A DNA stretch of 64,000 bases from the human T2T-CHM13v2.0 reference genome, Homo sapiens, in NCBI RefSeq assembly GCF_009914755.1, contig NC_060927.1. One strand, given 5' to 3'. The stretch's first letter is position 1. Each line of letters opens with the position of its first letter. The notes below the pieces were generated by a model, which saw nothing but the letters and a program-made list of their open reading frames with translations, searched no databases and was not told the DNA's origin. Positions 44,261-64,000 of this stretch are shown here, piece after piece. The position numbers and the translations under genes are program-made.

Positions 44261-45980
44261 GTATAGTCTGGTTACAAATGTGTTTAGATAACCTTTGGGA
44301 TAGATATTGGATACAAGTTAGGTTTTCCTTTGGCCCCAAAGCAGCATCATAGTAGCCTTGTGCTCTAGATATGCTTATTAGGACTCAAATGGGTTCTGTC
44401 TACTCTTTCTCACTCCATGGAGGCAGCCCTTCCGTGTGCTCATGAAATTAGCTGCTGACTCTAAAATCCTGTGAGAGCTTGCCTACTTCCAGTTCTGGTT
44501 AGGCCTTTTCATTTGAGACAGCTAAAGTGGATTTTGTCGCTTCAAAATTTTTACTTTTAACATCGGTGATTGTACTTAGTTTTGGTTTCAAAAGTAATGT
44601 GGATGTTTTTCACATCCTCTCCAATAAGCAAGTGAATATATGTTTTTGTAATTGAAGTATATCATACTTACAGAGAGATAGAGGTTTTATGTGTTCACAC
44701 AGTGCAACCAACCTGTGCAATAAGCACCAGGTCAAGAAACTGAGTATTACTGATACAGAACAAGGTTCCCCTCCTAACACATACTCACTGCATTCACCTT
44801 CAACATAACCACTATTCTAACACCATAATTTTTTCTAAAACTTCATAGGAATGGAATTATATTTGTAAACATGTTATTTTTTAAAGTTCAAAAAAATAGT
44901 AATTTTTAAAAATTGGGTAGTTTAGAAGATTTGAAATTAACATTTTGTCAAGTCCAGTCTATGGCAGTCAACTTTAAGGTTGATGTTAAGTAAGTGCTAT
45001 ATTTTGGAGGGTTCATAAAGTAGGAAAAAACAAATGAAGATATGGTTCTGCTGTAAGATGAAAAAATCCTTTGCTCCCGGTTTAAAGAAATAAAGGATCT
45101 TGATAAACTATTTCCAGTTTGAAGGTTGCATTTTATAGGCAATGCCAGTGAGTGCGAGGCACAGTGGAGGAAATACTTTCCTTAACTGAAAACTGTCTTT
45201 TGACTTCTCTGGATGTTAGTATCTATAGCTTTAGATAACTTACTCAAAAAGCAGGGTTAATATTATTGACATTTGTTGAACACCTACCACAGCTAGGCAT
45301 TAATGTCCTACTGTGAAAACATCATTTTGTGAGCTTAACCAAAGTGAAACCCCCAGATTGATAATGGGAAACTTTCAGGAACGATGGCTTCTCCACTCTT
45401 GAGATTTCTTTGTAGTGGTGTTGAGTAGAAGTGATTAGACTTGAGTTTGATTCCCAACCACTTGTTGGCTTCCTTAATGTGTCTTCCTCTTTTCTGTCTC
45501 CTGGGGCTTGACCTGTAAATAATGGGGAGGAGGGAATGTGAGGTTCTTACCATTTGGTGTTGTGGAACTGCCTGTGTGTGTGGCTCCGGTTCTGTTGTAA
45601 AGTTTGGCTCTTCTTAAGTCTTTTCTTTCCTAAGTGACTGCAGGTTCTTGAAAACGTGAGTGACTGGAAGAATAGTGTTTGGCCATGTTGAACTTGGCAA
45701 AAGTAGCACTTTTCTGAAGATAAAATTTTGGTTTCAAGTTCACTGAGGATTAGAAATTGATTTTGTTAAACTATGGAGATTATTTAAACAGAACCTGTGT
45801 TTTTCTGTTACTGACTATAAATTACATGTTCATCTTCAGGGTTATTTTGATCTTGATCTATTTTGGTTACTTTTGAGATAGTGAAAAGTGTCTTAAATAA
45901 CTTACATACTTCACCCTTGCCAGGGATATAAGTAAGTATCAGCTAGTACAAGCATTTAAGTTCTGTTCAACCTGAAGGTA

Positions 45981-53049
<7,069 letters not shown>

Positions 53050-53152
53050 TGACTTCTTCAGGGTCGTACAGATAATCATGGATAAAACTAACGATTTGGA
53101 CTGAAAATTTTCTTGGTGATTCCTTAATGAATTTACATCTTTGCTTTTCCAG

Positions 53153-53301
53153 CAGTGAAAAGGAAGAAGACGATAATGAAAAGAGACAAGATCCAGGTGA
53201 TAACTGGGAAGAAGGTGGAGGTGGTGGTGGAGGTATGGAAAAATCTTCAGGTCCCTGGAATAAAACAGCTCCAGTACAAGCACCTCCTGCTCCAGTAATT
53301 G
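53153..53301 (+). CDS. CDV3: CDV3 coding exon 3 (SEKEEDDNEKRQDPGDNWEEGGGGGGGMEKSSGPWNKTAPVQAPPAPVI)
   Basis: Acceptor ttttccag|CAG (NAGNAG, alternative start at 53156), donor G|gtaatt. 149 nt; matches ORF track 53127..53348. Confidence 0.95.
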
Positions 53302-54204
53302 GTAATTTTACTATTTCAGTTTCAGAAAGATGTCTAATTTATATATGATTTTATATATGGTCCACTTTCAACTAAGTGCATGATTATGGTAGGGTGAGGA
53401 GGAGAGGCTCCTTTCCATTCCTGGTAGAGTGGGATGTGTATATATCTTGTTAAAGACTTTAAAATCCTAAATAAAAGGAATCTGGAAGTTAAAAGACATG
53501 CTTTTGTCCTGTATGTTGCTGTAAAATTTATATAGATATAGACTAGTCGATTCCAGTTTCATTTATTGGAATTGAGCATTTCTTCTAATATTCTCTTTAA
53601 ATATTAACTACTTGCTAATGGAGGAAAAGGTAAGGAAAAGACTTTAATTTACTAGAATCCAAGGTCAGCTTCATTTAGGATTTTTAGTGGTAACTACCCT
53701 AGGGTTGGGTTTAACTCCAAAAGTTTTCATGAGAGAGAAAATTCCTAAAGCTTTTATCATTTAAAATATTTTTGACAGCTGAGTAAAGACAGAAAGACAA
53801 GGGGCCCTTGTCTTTCACTTGTGCTTTGTCTTTTTCATTCCCTATTTAACTTTCCTGTTCTTTGAAGCATGAATTCTCAGCAGGGCCAATTTTATCATTC
53901 TCAAGGGGGTAAAAGTTGCTTCTTATGGAATGAAGGAATCTTATACCTTAACAGTCATTTGTGGCCCACGAAAAGACTAGAATGCATAAACAGATGTATA
54001 GTATATCGCAGTATTAAAATTTCATGGAGTGGGGGGCAGTTAGGAAACAGATGTCTGAAAGGTCTCCTTAGGGCAATAATGAAAGTTTAAGAGCACTACT
54101 TTAAAGAAGTGTATACTCATTATTTTATTTAGAATGTTATAAAGAATAACATATCACTCCAAATCTTGTTATGCAGAAATCACAGATAACTACTCTATGT
54201 TAAA

Positions 54205-55571
<1,367 letters not shown>

Positions 55572-55710
55572 TGAATTCCCTTCTGTGGTCTGACCCAGAG
55601 ACCCTGGTATTGTTTTTTCTATAATTGTTAAATGATTGGGAATGCAAGAATAGCTTATTAAAATGCTGAGCATTTAAATAGTTTATCTAAAAATTGTTAT
55701 AAAATATTAG

Positions 55711-55870
55711 TTACAGAAACCCCAGAACCAGCGATGACTAGTGGTGTGTATAGGCCTCCTGGGGCCAGGTTAACCACAACAAGGAAAACACCACAAGGAC
55801 CACCAGAAATCTACAGTGATACACAGTTCCCATCCCTGCAGTCAACTGCCAAGCATGTAGAAAGCCGGAA
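55711..55870 (+). CDS. CDV3: CDV3 coding exon 4 (VTETPEPAMTSGVYRPPGARLTTTRKTPQGPPEIYSDTQFPSLQSTAKHVESR)
   Basis: Acceptor tattag|TT, donor AA|gtaagt. 160 nt, in frame with exon 3. Confidence 0.95.
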
Positions 55871-56306
55871 GTAAGTACTATAATTAATTGCATTTTGTTT
55901 GGGACTTCTGTTCCTAGGCCAGGGAGTGGGATATAGGGGATGTGCATACCCACCCAAGGGAGAGACTACTCCTTAACTAATAAAGCCTGAGCTTCAGCTG
56001 ACAGGCAGGTGAGAATCAGGGTGGGACTTCATATGTCCAGAAGGGAGGAAAGGGGGAGGGCAAAGAGCATTGGAGACACTTTGTCTTCTGTCTGCAAAAG
56101 TTTATCTTAGCCCTGGTTTATGTTGTTTTATAGCAATGACAAGTTTTAATGTAGTTAAAATTCTTTTATAATTAAGTGGCTTTTGCTCCTTATAATATGG
56201 AAACTAGAAATATAAAAGCGCTGTTTAATTGTATTCCCAGTTAATGTGACTATAGACAGAAGATGTTGGCATTTATAAATCTAATATTAAAATAATCTTA
56301 TTTCAG

Positions 56307-56322
56307 CAGGTACTTAAAATGA
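56307..56322 (+). CDS. CDV3: CDV3 alternative last exon, coding part (C-terminus ...ESRNRYLK* or ...ESRKYLK*)
   Basis: Acceptor tatttcag|CAG|G in frame with exon 4, TGA at 56320-56322, and AATAAA at 56392, 56396 and 56459. Agrees with my recollection of a shorter CDV3 isoform. Confidence 0.75.
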
Positions 56323-57043
56323 ATGCTACCTGGAATTAAATGACTACATATGGCACATCTACATCTTACTTTAGGGACATGAATTTTTTAAAATAAATAA
56401 AATGGGAAGAAATGTAAATGACATCAGATGGAAATGTGTTTTTTGGGGTGGCTTTTAGAATAAATCCCAGCCTTTTCACCACTTTGAGAGCACAGCTGGC
56501 TTGAATTTAAACCTCCACGTGGACTTGCTCCTCTGCTCTGTCTTAAAAAATGTGTAAGGGACCTTGGGAGGGCAGTGATTCACCACACTCGAGTTTCTTT
56601 ACCTGATCTAATCAGATCCACTCCCACAAAATCGATGTGAGGAGAAATCATTGACTAATGAGTAGAATTTACTTGAATGAGAAAATTGTTACCCTTGTGC
56701 ATAAAGAGAGAGATGTATTATCTATTACTTGCTAAAAGTAAGAGTCTTAGGAGGAATGTCATTACACAGCTTTTAACAGTTTTCTTCAAGTTTGTCCTGA
56801 AATAGGGTCACAGTTAATACTATTCAGTAGAAGATAGGACCCTAGAGCTTCAATACAGCGTTCTGTGTTTTCTGTTTGAATTGAAGCCTTAAAATGGTTT
56901 GATAAGGATTTTCTATATGCCTCCACTCCTACCCCTCCCCAGGATTCTTCTAAGGGGTGGCTTTTTTTTAAATTCAAGGACGAATATTTTCAAAAACCCT
57001 AGTGAAGAAGAAATATTTACTGATTACATTTCTTTTCCCTTAG

Positions 57044-57194
57044 GGATAAAGAAATGGAGAAGAGCTTTGAAGTAGTAAGACACAAAAATAGAGGTAGGGA
57101 TGAGGTTTCAAAAAACCAGGCCCTTAAACTTCAGCTAGACAACCAATATGCTGTGCTTGAAAATCAGAAAAGCAGCCACTCACAATACAATTAA
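57044..57194 (+). CDS. CDV3: CDV3 coding exon 5 (K-DKEMEKSFEVVRHKNRGRDEVSKNQALKLQLDNQYAVLENQKSSHSQYN*)
   Basis: Branch-like TACTGAT at 57018, acceptor ttttcccttag|G, stop TAA at 57192-57194. Exon total 240+77+149+160+151=777 nt = 258 aa + stop. Confidence 0.95.
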
Positions 57195-59412
57195 GGAATG
57201 GGCTTTGCTAACCCTTCTGAGGTAACTAGACTGCAGCTAACCACCACCAACAGCCATTCATCATCTGATCTCTGCTGGATCTACAGACACCGATGCAGAC
57301 CACTCGATTTCATGACCGGCCCTATTGCACTATGGAAGTTAAAGTGTCACGACTGCTCTATGCATATTGGATTTAGGGGAATTTTCATTGTTACATAAAT
57401 GTGTGAACTAGTTTCAACAGTGTTCTTTCATATTTACTCTGCAAATACAAAAAACCAAAACCTGCAGCCAGTGGTCATTTCAAAATCTTTTTATGTTCAG
57501 ATACTGAGCCTTCATAAGGGTTGACTACCTCAGATTTGCTGCACTCATTGTGGACTTCATGTGGATCACAACTTCTGGATAAGAAGATTACAACTATTAA
57601 GTGTCGATGTGAACCTTGCAACCAGCTCTACTGGATTCTTATCAGAAATCCTGCATAAAAAGTCAGCCATCTGGGTTCTGATCTGCTGTAAAAGATGAAG
57701 ATTTAAGTGACCTTAATTAACCTGTCCTGTGCCCTACCCTTAAGGAATACTCTCTGTAGTAGGCTGTTGTTATATTAGACTTCCTGGAACACACCGCTGA
57801 AAAGAACTGATGTGTTCAGATCATCTGTGTAGGGCTGTGATTTGTAATTTAAACTAATTGTATTCTGAGGTAACCACAAAATAAATTCAACCAAACTGGG
57901 GTCTACCAAGTGGGGGAAGGGGAAGGGAGAGAATAATCTTGGGGGTTTTTTTTTTTTGGTAATTTTTTTATTTGGATAGTGCTTTTTTGTTTTGTTTTTG
58001 TTCTGCATTAAGGCCTTTTTTGCTTTGACTTGAAATAAGTTCTTTGACAGAGCATATTGCTTGGTTAATTAAGTAACCTAAAGTATGCATTAGGATTGTG
58101 AAATGTCTCGTGAGTATGCCAATCCTGAGGGTGGAACCAAATAGCCTTTGATGAAAAGGGCAGTGGATTCTGGAGGCTCTACTTCAGGTGCTGCTATAAT
58201 GCCTCATCTAATCAGGACTAAATTGTGTAGGAAACTGCAGTGGGAAGAATATGCTTTCTGCTCAGGCTAAGAGGGTCACTGATCTGTCCTTAGAAATTCA
58301 GAGTAACATGAGCAAAACCTCAGCTAAAACCCATTTAAGTGGCATGGATTGTGCATGATCTTTGATAAGAATTCCTCATGTACTTGTGCCTAGTTTTTCA
58401 AGGTATTGGCTGTTCTATAGATGCAGTGATTGTCCCAGCTAGCTCTGTTACCAGCCTTTTGGTGTGTCTTTATGTTCATTTGGAGAGTCAGGGCGAAAGA
58501 CAGGTGATGTAGCACTTCTGTTTTTAATAATTATTGCTTAAAATACCTATTAATAGTTTTGGGTCATTTAAAGGGACTTGAGGAAGCTACCCAGGATTAC
58601 AGAAGAGTGTCCACCTAACAAGATGGTCTGGCAGTTTCCTAGTTTTGTATCTGGTTCAATAGAAATATGTGAAAGTGGTAATGTCATCATTTGATGCAGA
58701 GTCCGGGTTTCTCTATAATAAATCCCTTTGCCAAATGCATGAGTTGCAGACTTGCTACTGGCAAGAGTGAAGCAAGTGGGTGAGTAAAACTATTTTGACG
58801 TGGGAGCGTTTTCAGATAGGAGTTTAGTCTTGACGAAAGTGTCCGTGCAGGAATTGGACTCCGAGGAGGGTTACAGTATCTCCTGACGGGACCTGCCACT
58901 CGCATCTGGGCAATGTTGACATTTGAGGTGGCAGGCAGGATGCCTGCCTTCTAATATATTTGGGTGAGTAACTGAGCCAGCCAAGGGAAGGTTGAATGAT
59001 TAAATCAGAAATGGGATTCTTGGTAAACTGAAGACTTTTATTTGGGAACGAAAAACCTTAAAAAAATCTCTTCATCGTTGAACTGTGCATTTTCCCTGCA
59101 TTTTTTCCCAACAAAATTTTGTTGGGGGTTATGTTACTGAAGAATGAACAGATGAGTAAGTGGAGGTGTTATGTAAAGGCATATTGTACTCGAAATCTGA
59201 AGACCTGCAGCAGATTTAAATTACAACTCTTGTTATAACTTTTTAAAAGATTGTGAAAATATCAAAATATAAATGAATCAAGTTTTAATATACTGTATGA
59301 TGGGTGGATGAGGCTGTCCATTGTACCATTTGTTTGAATTCTCAGGCATGGTTTGGCAGTGCAAGAATTCTGTAACATTAACAAATTCAATAAAAAGTAA
59401 ATATATGGATTT
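57195..59412 (+). other. CDV3: CDV3 long 3' UTR
   Basis: Repeat-free unique sequence from the stop codon to the distal poly(A) site. The exact 3' end is estimated. Confidence 0.8.
59389..59394 (+). terminator. CDV3: CDV3 distal polyadenylation signal AATAAA
   Basis: AATAAA with an upstream TGTA (59371) and a downstream GT/T-rich tract. Repeats resume shortly afterwards. Confidence 0.8.
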
Positions 59413-59497
59413 TGGACTGTAATGGTTATTTTAAAGCCTTATTCTGTCTTTGAAAATGGTGAGTTGAGGTCACACCTCTCTTGCTGTGGGAAGGTGA

Positions 59498-63172
<3,675 letters not shown>

Positions 63173-63532
63173 TAGAAATAATTGCTTTAAATAATCTTAT
63201 TTGTATTATCTAAAATAGGAATTATGTTCACATCAGGAATTTAGGATATACATAAAAGTAATCATTAAGGCAGTTCAATTCTTTTGAATTTGCAGCCCAA
63301 GTGGGAACTAGAATTCTAAATAATTGGATATAGTAATACAGACGATGGGTAGGATTTAAGTCATCCACTTTAAAAGTCTTTTTAATCCCTCAACCTAACT
63401 GTTCAGGGATCCAGTCAAAGCATGCCCCAAGAAACCTCTGTAAAATGGTTCATCTCCAAATATGATGGAGAGTAGCACCCAGCCTTCGCAATTTTAATCA
63501 TAAGAAGTGGAGCAACTCTGTAAGATTATGTC

Positions 63533-63995
<463 letters not shown>

Positions 63996-64000
63996 TAGTT

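Overview
Primate (human-like) genomic DNA, very Alu-rich (more than 50 Alu copies or fragments). It contains the complete CDV3 gene on the + strand: CpG-island promoter at ~42.4-43.8 kb, five coding exons giving a 258-aa protein, an alternative short last exon, and a ~2.2-kb 3' UTR ending near 59.41 kb. The upstream 42 kb is intergenic and repeat-derived: a full-length but disabled L1PA3-like LINE-1 (20.39-26.56 kb) with an open antisense ORF0, MaLR/ERV1 solo LTRs, hAT DNA-transposon relics, MIR/L2 and microsatellites. The most unusual object is a ~1.9-kb minus-strand retrocopy (13461-15363) bounded by a perfect 15-bp target-site duplication. It holds the FAM76A 5' UTR and first 67 codons without introns, then joins ~1.6 kb of sequence that is not FAM76A coding sequence, which looks like a fossil of a non-canonical truncated FAM76A transcript. 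It keeps an open 69-aa ORF with four CxxC motifs and lies ~5 kb downstream of the co-oriented L1 antisense promoter. Gene and repeat names come from recognition of the sequence, not from searches, and repeat boundaries are approximate.
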